Shown one piece after another: positions 52,248 to 61,470 of a DNA stretch of 64,000 bases. The position numbers and the translations under genes were made by a program. A model generated the notes under the pieces. That model ran no database searches. It saw only the letters and a program-made list of their open reading frames with translations, and had not been told where the DNA came from. Source of the stretch: a virus; IMG/VR virus record IMGVR_UViG_3300027734_000042; one strand, given 5' to 3'. How positions within the stretch are numbered: the first letter of the stretch is position 1; every line of letters starts with the position of its first letter.

Positions 52248-53034
52248 TTTTGAACTTATCGTAAGCCATTTGAACTTTCATTGTATCCATTGCAAGTTGT
52301 CCTGCGATTTTGCTAATTGCTATTCTTTCAGCTTTTCTGATATCACTGAATACTGGGTTTCTTTTAAGATCTCTAACTAGCATATAAACCATTTCTCCTA
52401 TTCTGAGAGTACTTTTAGATTTTTCTGCTCTTCTTACTGATGCTATATCTTTCCCAGCCTCAGCCTCATCTCTATTTTTTGTAGAAATTGTAGCATCTTG
52501 AATAATAGACGAAGCTACTACAGCTAAATTACTAGGTGTTTCGTTTTTAAAGAATTCAAAAGCTTTAAGAACTTTAGGATAGATGGTTTCACTTGTCGTT
52601 TCCCCAACACCACTTATTAAGTTTTTAAATTTATTTGTTGTTCTAGCTACTGTTCTTGCAGATTCTAATCCGATAGCATCAGCTAAAGCAGGAATGGTTA
52701 CCTTAAAAGCTCCCGATTGATCATCAATATATCCGAAATCCCTTAATCCTCTAATTGACATTAGATATTTACCAGGATCTCCTTCCTCAGCTCCTAAGGC
52801 TCTTAAGTAAAGTACAGCCATTTGTTCTTTACTTAAAATTTGGAAGTCTCTATCTAAAGCTCTTTTTTCTCCAGCACTTAGAGTTTCTTCTTCGTCCCAG
52901 TAATCTTGTTCGAATAGGAAAGATAACATTACTAAGTTATTTTCTTTCCAATTTTCAAAAATCGAATTTGCTATTTCTTGTTCGTAGTTTTCTGAAGAAA
53001 AGCTTTCGAACATTTTGATGTGTTTATTTTTCAT
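52231..53034 (-). CDS. hypothetical late protein, putative capsid-internal
   Basis: GATATATA at 53057-53064 (minus); N-terminus MKNKHIKMFESF. Confidence 0.7.
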   Translation of the reverse strand: MKNKHIKMFESFSSENYEQEIANSIFENWKENNLVMLSFLFEQDYWDEEETLSAGEKRALDRDFQILSKEQMAVLYLRALGAEEGDPGKYLMSIRGLRDFGYIDDQSGAFKVTIPALADAIGLESARTVARTTNKFKNLISGVGETTSETIYPKVLKAFEFFKNETPSNLAVVASSIIQDATISTKNRDEAEAGKDIASVRRAEKSKSTLRIGEMVYMLVRDLKRNPVFSDIRKAERIAISKIAGQLAMDTMKVQMAYDKFKTSRGL

Positions 53035-53103
53035 GTAGATGCTATTTTCTTTTTCTTATATATCCAAGTTTGTCCTATTATTTTTTTTTTAGAAAGTTTT
53101 AGA

Positions 53104-53140
53104 AATCATTTTTTTTATTAAATAGAACATTCTATATTTG
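53104..53140 (+). promoter_or_regulatory. early promoter AATCATTTTT...TAnnTTTG (representative copy)
   Basis: Also at 39463, 43817, 45263, 47794, 51719, 53207, each with a 29-nt offset between the two boxes; the -7 box matches the Bacteroidota housekeeping consensus. Confidence 0.75.
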
Positions 53141-53271
53141 TCTTGTTAATCTAATAAACAAAAAGATGATCAACGGTAAAAATAAAAAAAATTAGAAAAA
53201 ACCAAAAATCATTTTTTTTATCAAAAGGGTTAATCTACATTTGTCTTGTCTAACAATTAAAAATTAAAATT

Positions 53272-53718
53272 ATGAAAACAACTTTTTCAGCTTTAGTTAT
53301 CGCTTTAGGATTAGCTTTAACGTCTTTTTCATCTATCGGCAGTTCACAAACGAATACCCCGATAAACAAAAATCTAGATAAGATCACGGATTCTATCGCA
53401 ATCGTATTAAATCAACGATACGGATACGATCTTAAATTAGATCCATCTCTTAAGAACGGGAGTATTAATTATTTAAAAGAAGTAAAGAGCGGTCGATCTT
53501 TAGATCCAGTAGAAGACCAAGGACATATCCATACTTCTGCTATGATCCCAATGGAATATTACAATTTAATTCCTTATTCATTCTTCTATGAGTTAGCTTA
53601 CGAAACTATCGAAGCACCGGAATTTGCTAGTTACTTTAAATCTTATGTACCAACAAAATTTTGGGTAGAAGAAGTTGTAGTAGGAGATCAATGCTACTTC
53701 ATCGTAGCAATTGACTAA
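53272..53718 (+). CDS. secreted hypothetical protein, early
   Basis: Signal peptide MKTTFSALVIALGLALTSFS; tandem early promoters upstream. Confidence 0.65.
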   Translation: MKTTFSALVIALGLALTSFSSIGSSQTNTPINKNLDKITDSIAIVLNQRYGYDLKLDPSLKNGSINYLKEVKSGRSLDPVEDQGHIHTSAMIPMEYYNLIPYSFFYELAYETIEAPEFASYFKSYVPTKFWVEEVVVGDQCYFIVAID

Positions 53719-53730
53719 AAAAATATAGCC

Positions 53731-53765
53731 CACAAAAAAATCCGCTTTAGGCGGATTTTTTTGTG
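53731..53765. terminator. bidirectional intrinsic terminator
   Basis: CACAAAAAAATCCGC-TTTAG-GCGGATTTTTTTGTG between convergent genes. Confidence 0.85.
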
Positions 53766-53776
53766 TGTATTAATAA

Positions 53777-55201
53777 TTATTTTCTAGATCCTCTACCAGT
53801 ACCAGTCCTTACTGATCCTTTAGTTTTGTCTGGATCTATTTCAACGTTAAAATTCATAGTTATTTCATTTATTGTAATCTTATCGCATTTAATTCCAGCA
53901 GTTTTAGGAATGTACGCCTTTACAATTTTGTTTTCTCCTGGAATAATCTTAGTTCCTTTTATAGTTAAAATAACATTTCTAAATGTTTTTCTTACTGCTT
54001 CAGTAGTATCAGGAGATGCTGGCTGAATTTTAGCTGTTTTTGATGCTGTAATTATAGCGGATGTAACAGTTTTTAAATAAGTCTCTACTGATGCTGCTCT
54101 ATCTATACATAGTTTGGTGTTTACTTTTATATCGCCTTCTTGTGAAGCTGATCCTTGTATCTCTATTTCAGAGACTGAATTAAAGTCCTGAGTTATTGCA
54201 TTATAGATATTCTTCTTACCGTTTTCTGTTAATGTTGCAGTACCGGAAGAGAAAAGTATTCCGTTATCTTCAATTGTTAATGTGTCAGTTGTGTCTGGGG
54301 TTTTTAATGGGATTTTTACTTCTTTAATTTCAGTAATTTTTTTATCAACCCCTTGATTTTTACCAGCTTTTGTAAGTTTAGGATCTAAAGTATAGAAAAC
54401 ATAAGTGAAAACTGCAGTTCCCGCTTTTTGTAATTTTTTATCCTTACCTCTTGTTAATCCATCATTATCTCTGTCTACAATTTTTCTTCCAACATTCATT
54501 GACATATTCGTTGGTACCACTCCAGAAATAGGTGTAACTTTTTTGTCATTTTCCCATTTTCCTATTTCTATTTGTGATTCTGCTTTTGTTATGTAATATA
54601 GATCCTGCGATCCTGATCCTTCAATTTTTCTACCTTCCCCTGAAAGATGTAAAACGTCCCAAAGTCCTTGTTGTCTGTCGTATTTACCAATATTATCAAA
54701 TTTTGCTTTTCCTTTTTTGTTTGCTTTAGTTATAACTGAACTAAGCTTACTGATATTTCTAGTATTAAGAAGATTTAATAAATCCACTATTTTCATTTTT
54801 CCGTCTTCCTCATTAAAACTCCCGTAAAGACTATAATTAGCATTCATCGGGGAAGACTTTACTACAAAAACACTTCCTTGAATAACCTCGTTGTATTCTA
54901 TCTGGTTAACATTTGTATCAATTGATGTGATATTAGTGTACTTTCCGTCAAGTATTTCTGCAATAGCTTTTGAAAAAGATGCTCCTGCTGATGCTAAAAT
55001 GTCTTCTTTAAACGATGGTCTAGCATCAGATTTCATTAAATCCTCTATATATGCTAAATTTAGCTTAACCTCTGGAGAATCATCTAACTTTCCGCTTAAT
55101 AAAGTCTTAACATCATCCCATGTTCTATCTTCGTTAACCATCATAGAATACGCTTCGTTTATAAACTCCGTAAATGATAGCACTTGTTTTTTCATTTCCA
55201 T
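53777..55201 (-). CDS. late protein with OmpA-like peptidoglycan-binding domain
   Basis: LFSSGTATL...IEIQGSAS...NTKLCIDRAASV...FRNV; N-terminus MKKQVLSFTEFINE; GATATATA at 55228-55235 (minus). Confidence 0.7.
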   Translation of the reverse strand: MEMKKQVLSFTEFINEAYSMMVNEDRTWDDVKTLLSGKLDDSPEVKLNLAYIEDLMKSDARPSFKEDILASAGASFSKAIAEILDGKYTNITSIDTNVNQIEYNEVIQGSVFVVKSSPMNANYSLYGSFNEEDGKMKIVDLLNLLNTRNISKLSSVITKANKKGKAKFDNIGKYDRQQGLWDVLHLSGEGRKIEGSGSQDLYYITKAESQIEIGKWENDKKVTPISGVVPTNMSMNVGRKIVDRDNDGLTRGKDKKLQKAGTAVFTYVFYTLDPKLTKAGKNQGVDKKITEIKEVKIPLKTPDTTDTLTIEDNGILFSSGTATLTENGKKNIYNAITQDFNSVSEIEIQGSASQEGDIKVNTKLCIDRAASVETYLKTVTSAIITASKTAKIQPASPDTTEAVRKTFRNVILTIKGTKIIPGENKIVKAYIPKTAGIKCDKITINEITMNFNVEIDPDKTKGSVRTGTGRGSRK

Positions 55202-55239
55202 CTTATCTAATTTTTTATTTTATATTGTATATATCTTTT

Positions 55240-57327
55240 TTATATGAAAAATCTTTTTTGTGATTTCAGATATACTAATGACTCCTTAATCTCTTTTTTC
55301 CAACCTTCCTTTGGCTTTTTAACTGTTATACCATTATCTGTGCTTTTGAAGTCCCCTTTTAGTGTTTTATTAGGTCCATCTAAAACATAATATCTTGCAT
55401 TCTTAAATAGTGTGATATTACCACCTGCAGTCTTTGACTTATAAGTGAATGTAGCCTCACCAGATTTACTTTGACCCCAAGTTCCATTCAGTTTAGAAAC
55501 TCCAGGGAATTCTTTTTTGAATTCACCTTGGTTATTCTTCATTTTGTCAAGGATCTTTTGACTTGCACCTCCAGCTTTAACTATTGTTGCAATACCAGTA
55601 GTACCGATCTTTTTAATACCTGCCTTATCTGATGATGATAGTTCAACTTTTTTAACCTCAACTTTCTGAGGTCCTTGCTGTTTAACCCCATCCACTGGAG
55701 ATTTTAAATTTGCATTTTCCGCTATTTTTTTTGTGATAGTAGCATTTCTTTTACCTAATGCAGACATCCAATTAGTAGTAGGTGTAACTTTAGGTTTAAC
55801 GTATTCATCAATGAATCTTTGAGCGCACGATGACATCGGTCTAACTGCTGAAGATAATGCTCCAGATATTATACCACCTACGAAAGAACCTCCTTGCTCT
55901 TTTTTAAATTTATCGATTCCTCTTGTGATCTTACCAGGGAGATCTAAAAGACCGTTAATCACTTTGCCTATTCCTGATATAGCCCCTATTACTACGTCGT
56001 AAAGCCATCCGAAGCAAGATTTACCAACATAAGCCAGAAAGTTTACTACTAATTCTCCGAATCCCCATCCTCCGTTATCATCTTCATTAATAGTCTCGTC
56101 CCATTCTTCGTTATATTCTTCGTGATCTAGTACGTATTCTTTTCCTTTATCCAGTGCTGCATCTGCACCTTTGGCTGTTATCTTTGTTCCTGTTTGTACT
56201 GCTTTTTGTACTTTTGTAGCATCAGCACCAAGATCTTTGAGCTTACTCATAAAAGGAGCTTTTTCACAAAGGGTAGCAAAAAATTCTCCTAGCCATTTAG
56301 AGCATCCTAATGATTTACCTATTCCTACTGAAGCCACACTACCGAATGCAGTTGCACTAAATTTAGTTGACCATGAAACAACACTAGTTTTAATTGCAAT
56401 ACCTACTGCTCCCATTCCAGGAAGTGCTTCAGCTGCTGCAGAAACTAAATCTTTAATCCCGAGTAGTAAACTTGCAGATCCAAATATGATTTTACCACCT
56501 CCTTTTACTATACCACCAACTGTTTTAGCACCTGCTGCATCTTTACTAGCAGTTATTAAGTTCATTACCCCCTCAACAACTGTAATACCTCCTGCAATCA
56601 TTGCACACACAGGGGCTAGAAACTGTGCAATAGGTATAAATGATAGGATAGTACCTATAATCTGTATTAAAATTCCTAAAGCGGTGAGAGGATTTTCTTT
56701 TATGAATGTTCCTATTGCAGATATAATCTGTTTTGAAAAGTCCCAAACTGCTTTAGCACCACTTGATAGAGCGTCCCAAGCTTTACCTACCTTATCACTA
56801 ACATATTCTGCTGCTTTCTTAACAGGCTCTACTACGTATGTATTAACTACCTTTTTAATATCATCTGCTACACCTGATACAAATTTTGTTGTGGCGTTCC
56901 ATGTATCAGACCAAAATCCTTCTAAAAGAAGATCAGCTTTATCCTGTAATTTATCGAATGTACCCTCAGTAATTATATGTAGTTTGTCATTTTTGAAAAG
57001 AACAACGTGTCCCTCTGCAATTGAATTGTCCTTTAAGTATAATACGTTTCCTTTAGACTCAAACCAATCTTTCTTGTTTTCGTATAAAACACCTAACTCG
57101 TAAGTGTAATAGCCTTTCTCTAAAAGGTATTGATTTTCTTCTTCTGAATTATTCTCATTTAAAGAGCCTCCGAAGAAATCTTTAAATAAGGAAAAGTCCC
57201 AAGAAGCCATGCAGTTTTCTCTTAGCATGGACATTTGATTTAATTTAGCCTCTAAAACATTATCAGAATCAAAATTAAAGGATTCTTCTACTTTATCGAA
57301 GTCATTAAATAGCGATAGATATCTCAT
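55240..57327 (-). CDS. large late protein with a Gly/Ala-rich hydrophobic helical core
   Basis: N-terminus MRYLSLFNDF; several LNE/INE sites; multiple TM-like helices. Confidence 0.65.
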   Translation of the reverse strand: MRYLSLFNDFDKVEESFNFDSDNVLEAKLNQMSMLRENCMASWDFSLFKDFFGGSLNENNSEEENQYLLEKGYYTYELGVLYENKKDWFESKGNVLYLKDNSIAEGHVVLFKNDKLHIITEGTFDKLQDKADLLLEGFWSDTWNATTKFVSGVADDIKKVVNTYVVEPVKKAAEYVSDKVGKAWDALSSGAKAVWDFSKQIISAIGTFIKENPLTALGILIQIIGTILSFIPIAQFLAPVCAMIAGGITVVEGVMNLITASKDAAGAKTVGGIVKGGGKIIFGSASLLLGIKDLVSAAAEALPGMGAVGIAIKTSVVSWSTKFSATAFGSVASVGIGKSLGCSKWLGEFFATLCEKAPFMSKLKDLGADATKVQKAVQTGTKITAKGADAALDKGKEYVLDHEEYNEEWDETINEDDNGGWGFGELVVNFLAYVGKSCFGWLYDVVIGAISGIGKVINGLLDLPGKITRGIDKFKKEQGGSFVGGIISGALSSAVRPMSSCAQRFIDEYVKPKVTPTTNWMSALGKRNATITKKIAENANLKSPVDGVKQQGPQKVEVKKVELSSSDKAGIKKIGTTGIATIVKAGGASQKILDKMKNNQGEFKKEFPGVSKLNGTWGQSKSGEATFTYKSKTAGGNITLFKNARYYVLDGPNKTLKGDFKSTDNGITVKKPKEGWKKEIKESLVYLKSQKRFFI

Positions 57328-57340
57328 TTTTTATTTTTTT

Positions 57341-57670
57341 TTAGCAATTTCCACTGTCTGATATCATCCCCTCTTCATCTCCCTCTTCTTCGTGATCGTG
57401 GTTACTTTGTGATTCAGCATAAAGAAAATTATAAACTTCCTCAACATCATCTTTAGATGTTGCTATGTGATCCGTTGCCCATCCGTGACCATTCTGAAGA
57501 ACAGCATCAACTTGCATTGGATCCATTTCCAATATTGCTTGACACATACGGTGCATATTCGTAATATTAGCAAAGAACATATAGTTCTCCATCTCGTTAT
57601 GATCCTCGTTTACTGTTGATGCTACTTTTTTTGTTTCTTGTATCTCATCAAAAGATTTAAGATTTTTCAT
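57341..57670 (-). CDS. hypothetical late protein
   Basis: N-terminus MKNLKSFDEIQE; ENYMFF..GHGWA.DHI..KDDVEEV; promoter at 57692-57699. Confidence 0.65.
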   Translation of the reverse strand: MKNLKSFDEIQETKKVASTVNEDHNEMENYMFFANITNMHRMCQAILEMDPMQVDAVLQNGHGWATDHIATSKDDVEEVYNFLYAESQSNHDHEEEGDEEGMISDSGNC

Positions 57671-57690
57671 ATAGTTAATTATTTAATCTC

Positions 57691-58239
57691 TTATATATCT
57701 CCTAAACGATTTAATAGATTACCGCCTTTAAATAGTGCTAGAGTTTCTTTAGGGTCTACTCCCGATAATTCCAACTTAATTCTTATTAGCTCTTTTGTTG
57801 GTTCGTCGCACAATTGATAGATCTTATTTGCTATTAACGGATATTCTTTATGAATCCTTACTATTAACTTGGGAGCATTAAGAACATCTGAAAACTCAAC
57901 ATTAGATATTTCGTTATCCCACTCTAATCTATCATAAGCTGTGTCATAATCGTATCCTTTACCAAATCCGAAAACCTGATACAAAATACCATAATCATCA
58001 ACATAACTACTCGAGAAACTCCAATCTCCATCTCCAGTATAATCATCTTCTGCGCTACCAAAATCAGCATTTATCTTTTCACCGTACGGTGTAATTATAT
58101 TTAAAGATTCATTTTCGTAAAAACCATCATCACCATCAAATCTTGCATTCATTAGCCAATCAACTAGATCTTTATCCTTGTTTAGATCTTTTAGATAGTC
58201 TGAATTTTCAAATAAATGGAAGGATTTTATGTTCTTCAT
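57691..58239 (-). CDS. late cargo protein with N-terminal and C-terminal tags
   Basis: MKNIKSFHLFE...KGGNLLNRLGDI. Confidence 0.7.
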   Translation of the reverse strand: MKNIKSFHLFENSDYLKDLNKDKDLVDWLMNARFDGDDGFYENESLNIITPYGEKINADFGSAEDDYTGDGDWSFSSSYVDDYGILYQVFGFGKGYDYDTAYDRLEWDNEISNVEFSDVLNAPKLIVRIHKEYPLIANKIYQLCDEPTKELIRIKLELSGVDPKETLALFKGGNLLNRLGDI

Positions 58240-58303
58240 GTGATATATATCGTATGTAATAGATCTTAAATCTATACAGAGATATATAAATAAAAAAAAG
58301 AAA

Positions 58304-58843
58304 ATGAAAAACCTTACAGGATATGAAACATACCTAAAATCAGGTAGAGTTAATGAGCAAAGCGTTCAACCAACAACTAAAGACTTTATCCTTGATATCG
58401 CAGCAGAAAATGGTGTAGATGCAATGGAGCTTTTAAGAATGGTAGAAGATGATCTTGCTGAATCGGGAATGAGTGAATCATTATTATTAACTGAATCAGC
58501 AGATTCTGTTATCACTTTATCACAATTTTTTATTATATTACCAAGCGTAATCACAGGACTTGTTTCATTGGCAATGGGTGGAAGTTTCCTTGAAGGATAT
58601 GCTCAGAATAAAAGATGGGTTAAAGCTGAAGCTGATAAAAGAGTTAGAGAGATGATCAAAAAAGATCCTAGCTTAATCGATCGTCAATCTGATTTGATAA
58701 ATCAAGTAACTGACGAAATTAAAAATGATCCAGCTATTCAAAAAATGCTTAAAAGCAAAAGAATGGAAGGTGGAGCACAACACCCAGACATCAAAAGAGA
58801 CAGATCAACTTATAAATCACACATCTTTGGAGGTGGTTACTAA
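58304..58843 (+). CDS. late membrane protein
   Basis: GATATATA at 58281; N-terminus MKNLTGYETYL..VNE; one TM segment. Confidence 0.7.
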   Translation: MKNLTGYETYLKSGRVNEQSVQPTTKDFILDIAAENGVDAMELLRMVEDDLAESGMSESLLLTESADSVITLSQFFIILPSVITGLVSLAMGGSFLEGYAQNKRWVKAEADKRVREMIKKDPSLIDRQSDLINQVTDEIKNDPAIQKMLKSKRMEGGAQHPDIKRDRSTYKSHIFGGGY

Positions 58844-58859
58844 TAAATATTAATTCAAT

Positions 58860-58885
58860 AAAAAGGAGCTTAATGCTCCTTTTTT
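58860..58885. terminator. bidirectional intrinsic terminator
   Basis: AAAAAGGAGC-TTAAT-GCTCCTTTTT between convergent genes. Confidence 0.8.
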
Positions 58886-58914
58886 AGTTTTATATGAAAA
58901 TGTAATAAGAAATA

Positions 58915-59280
58915 TTAAATATTCCTAACCAATCTAACTTTAAGTCTTTGGTCTTTTGGGATGCCCCCATATCTTCTAGTAGACAAATAATAAGCATAAT
59001 TATTAGAAAATCCTTCAGGTATATTATCAAAAGCCCAATATGCTTCTGATGAAAACCCGAGGATGTTTATATTGTAATATTCTTGTAAAAATTTAAACTC
59101 ATTAATTGTAGGAAGTCTCCAATCATCACCATATTGTTTTGCTAGATTTATAGCAGTATCGTAATTGAATATCTCAATACCTTTAATTGTCGGATGCATG
59201 TTAATCTTATTATCCCGGTAAGATAAATCGTTACCCATTATTTCTATATTACCAAGATTATAATTCTTCATTATACTCAC
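58915..59280 (-). CDS. DUF1566 (Lcl/C-type-lectin-like) protein
   Basis: DWRLPTINE...YW...VRLVR. Confidence 0.7.
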   Translation of the reverse strand: MSIMKNYNLGNIEIMGNDLSYRDNKINMHPTIKGIEIFNYDTAINLAKQYGDDWRLPTINEFKFLQEYYNINILGFSSEAYWAFDNIPEGFSNNYAYYLSTRRYGGIPKDQRLKVRLVRNI

Positions 59281-59780
59281 ATTTTTCTTTTCCTAGATCT
59301 AACCCAAGCCTTTGTAACGGAAAGAATGTCATTGACAAAGCTTTTTGTTCTTGCTTTAGCCAATTCCATAGATACTATTGGTATAGTAGTTTTCTCATCA
59401 ACAATAACATCCGCAAAAATAGTCCATCCATACATATGGAATTCAATTGTTACACCTATTCTAATTCCATCGGGATTGATAAATTCAAAGTAAGAAACAT
59501 CAGCTAGATTAGTTCTGTTAAAAGGAGATCCTACTAGATCATTATCGTTTTCACCGAATTTGTATATCTGATTAACCCCATTTCTCTTTAGTTCATCTAT
59601 AAGAGTACTTGCAGTGGAGAATTCTTCGTCACCATAAGATGACTCTAATTTTTTAATCTCCTCCTCTTTTTTCTCTATTTCTTTTTTAAGCATACTAATC
59701 TCCGAAGTGATCTTATTAATTTGATCAACATACGGATTGAAACCTGATGCCTCGTTGAATTTTTCTAATTTTTGTATCAT
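59277..59780 (-). CDS. hypothetical late protein with coiled coil
   Basis: N-terminus MIQKLEKFNE. Confidence 0.65.
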   Translation of the reverse strand: MIQKLEKFNEASGFNPYVDQINKITSEISMLKKEIEKKEEEIKKLESSYGDEEFSTASTLIDELKRNGVNQIYKFGENDNDLVGSPFNRTNLADVSYFEFINPDGIRIGVTIEFHMYGWTIFADVIVDEKTTIPIVSMELAKARTKSFVNDILSVTKAWVRSRKRKM

Positions 59781-59781
59781 T

Positions 59782-60180
59782 TTATTTTATTATAAGGTTC
59801 ATTGCATCATTAACTGATTTTATTCCTGTATTTCCATTAACAGAGAATTCACCCGCTCTTTTATTAATCTTGTATTCCCCTGATTTATTTGATAAATGTA
59901 CTTCTGAGCATAAGTTACCTCCTCTAAAGAAGTTAGCTATAGATTCTTTTAAACCGATACCTTTCTCGTTACCGAAGAAATTAGAAAATCCTTTCTTACT
60001 AGAATTAAATATGTAGGGAATTCCAGCTTTTTTAGCTTCCTCCCTAATTTCTCTAATCTCATCTCCAGTAAACCAATTAACGGATCCTTGAGATCTCCTT
60101 TCTGAAGCTGAAACTTTATTGTCTTTTTTCTTACTATAATAAGATGATACAAATTGCTCGAATAGTTTAATGTGCTGCAT
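59782..60180 (-). CDS. hypothetical late protein
   Basis: N-terminus MQHIKLFEQF; GATATATA at 60201-60208 (minus). Confidence 0.7.
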   Translation of the reverse strand: MQHIKLFEQFVSSYYSKKKDNKVSASERRSQGSVNWFTGDEIREIREEAKKAGIPYIFNSSKKGFSNFFGNEKGIGLKESIANFFRGGNLCSEVHLSNKSGEYKINKRAGEFSVNGNTGIKSVNDAMNLIIK

Positions 60181-60212
60181 TTTAATTATTTCGTATCTTA
60201 TATATATCCTAT

Positions 60213-60773
60213 ATGATAATAGATGGAGGGATTAATTATAGATTGATAGATAGATTTAATGTAGATTACATTGAATCCAAGATATCAAGTATAAAATCCG
60301 ATGAGTGGTACAAATATAAGTACAGACAGGAAAGATATAAAGATCATAATGAAACTTTTTCAATCCCCCTAATATGGTCTGAGAAATTCTCCGAAGTTAA
60401 TACCCACGAAAATTATCAAATGTTCGAGGACGAGATAAAAGAAATAGAACTAATAGTAAGGAAAAGACTGTGTAGTTCTGGTGGATTGATGAGTGCAGTT
60501 CTTATAAATCTCCCTGCAGGTAAATCAATAGGAAGACATAAAGACGCTAGTCCGATAGGTGATAGATTTAACAGATGCCACAGGATCCATATACCTATAA
60601 TAACAAATGATTATTGTCTATTTGATATAGATGGGGAAATTAAAAACTTAAAAAGAGGTGAAGTGTGGGAAATAAGTAACGTGAATAAATTCCACAATGT
60701 AACCAATAATGGAAGTACTGACCGTATCCACTTACTCTTGGATTGGGATCCTCTTCTCACCCAATCTTCTTAA
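60213..60773 (+). CDS. Asp/Asn beta-hydroxylase-like 2OG-Fe(II) oxygenase
   Basis: HKD, RIHIPIITN, HNVTNNGSTDRIHLLLD. Confidence 0.8.
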   Translation: MIIDGGINYRLIDRFNVDYIESKISSIKSDEWYKYKYRQERYKDHNETFSIPLIWSEKFSEVNTHENYQMFEDEIKEIELIVRKRLCSSGGLMSAVLINLPAGKSIGRHKDASPIGDRFNRCHRIHIPIITNDYCLFDIDGEIKNLKRGEVWEISNVNKFHNVTNNGSTDRIHLLLDWDPLLTQSS

Positions 60774-61463
60774 TAGACCATATCCTTTATCAGTTTTGGT
60801 TAGTTCTTGAAATTCATCCTCGGTTAATTCTGATTTTATTGTGTCGATTATTGATGGATTAATTTTTTTCAATGAATTAAAAATCTTTACAGCTAACAAA
60901 GATTCACCTGATCTATATTTACTAATTATAATATCCTTGACCATGTCTTCCTTTTGAATATCCCCTAGATCAATCAGATCCTCCCCTTTAATTGCTAATT
61001 TATTTGTATTGGATTGACCTAATGATATGATAAAATTTACGTCCTTCTGTAATACATTTTTCATAAATGTGTTTTCGATTGACAGCTCGCCATCAATAAT
61101 CCACCCGATAGTCTCATTTATTTTATCCCTTAAATCACTTTCATTACCCACAGATAAAGAAATAAAATAAGTGCTATGAAAAACATCGTAATCTCCGTAA
61201 TCATTAAAAAGATCGGAGGCAATTGATTTCGTAGAATCCTTATATTCCTCCATCGCAGCTTCGTATTCTTCTTCTGATTCGAAATCGTTTCTTTCAGGTT
61301 CTTCTGGCATATCATCAGCCATATTATATCCGGAATATCCGGCATTCATGTACATATTCAATAGTCCATCTCTATCTAAGGGCTCTAGCATATTATCACT
61401 AATAGTTGAGACTTCTGGGTATGCGTAATGGCCGTCTGGCTCAAGGGTAAAATATTTTTCCAT
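60732..61463 (-). CDS. acidic cargo protein with C-terminal tag
   Basis: KGYGLLRRLG near the C-terminus; GATAGATA promoter variant upstream. Confidence 0.7.
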   Translation of the reverse strand: MEKYFTLEPDGHYAYPEVSTISDNMLEPLDRDGLLNMYMNAGYSGYNMADDMPEEPERNDFESEEEYEAAMEEYKDSTKSIASDLFNDYGDYDVFHSTYFISLSVGNESDLRDKINETIGWIIDGELSIENTFMKNVLQKDVNFIISLGQSNTNKLAIKGEDLIDLGDIQKEDMVKDIIISKYRSGESLLAVKIFNSLKKINPSIIDTIKSELTEDEFQELTKTDKGYGLLRRLGEKRIPIQE

Positions 61464-61470
61464 GTGTTAT

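Noticed and set aside
56171-57103. 310-aa plus-strand ORF
   Set aside because: Antisense shadow of the 695-aa gene, which has the N-terminal tag and operon context
58915-59280. DUF1566 gene as a diversity-generating retroelement target
   Set aside because: No reverse transcriptase or template repeat visible in this window
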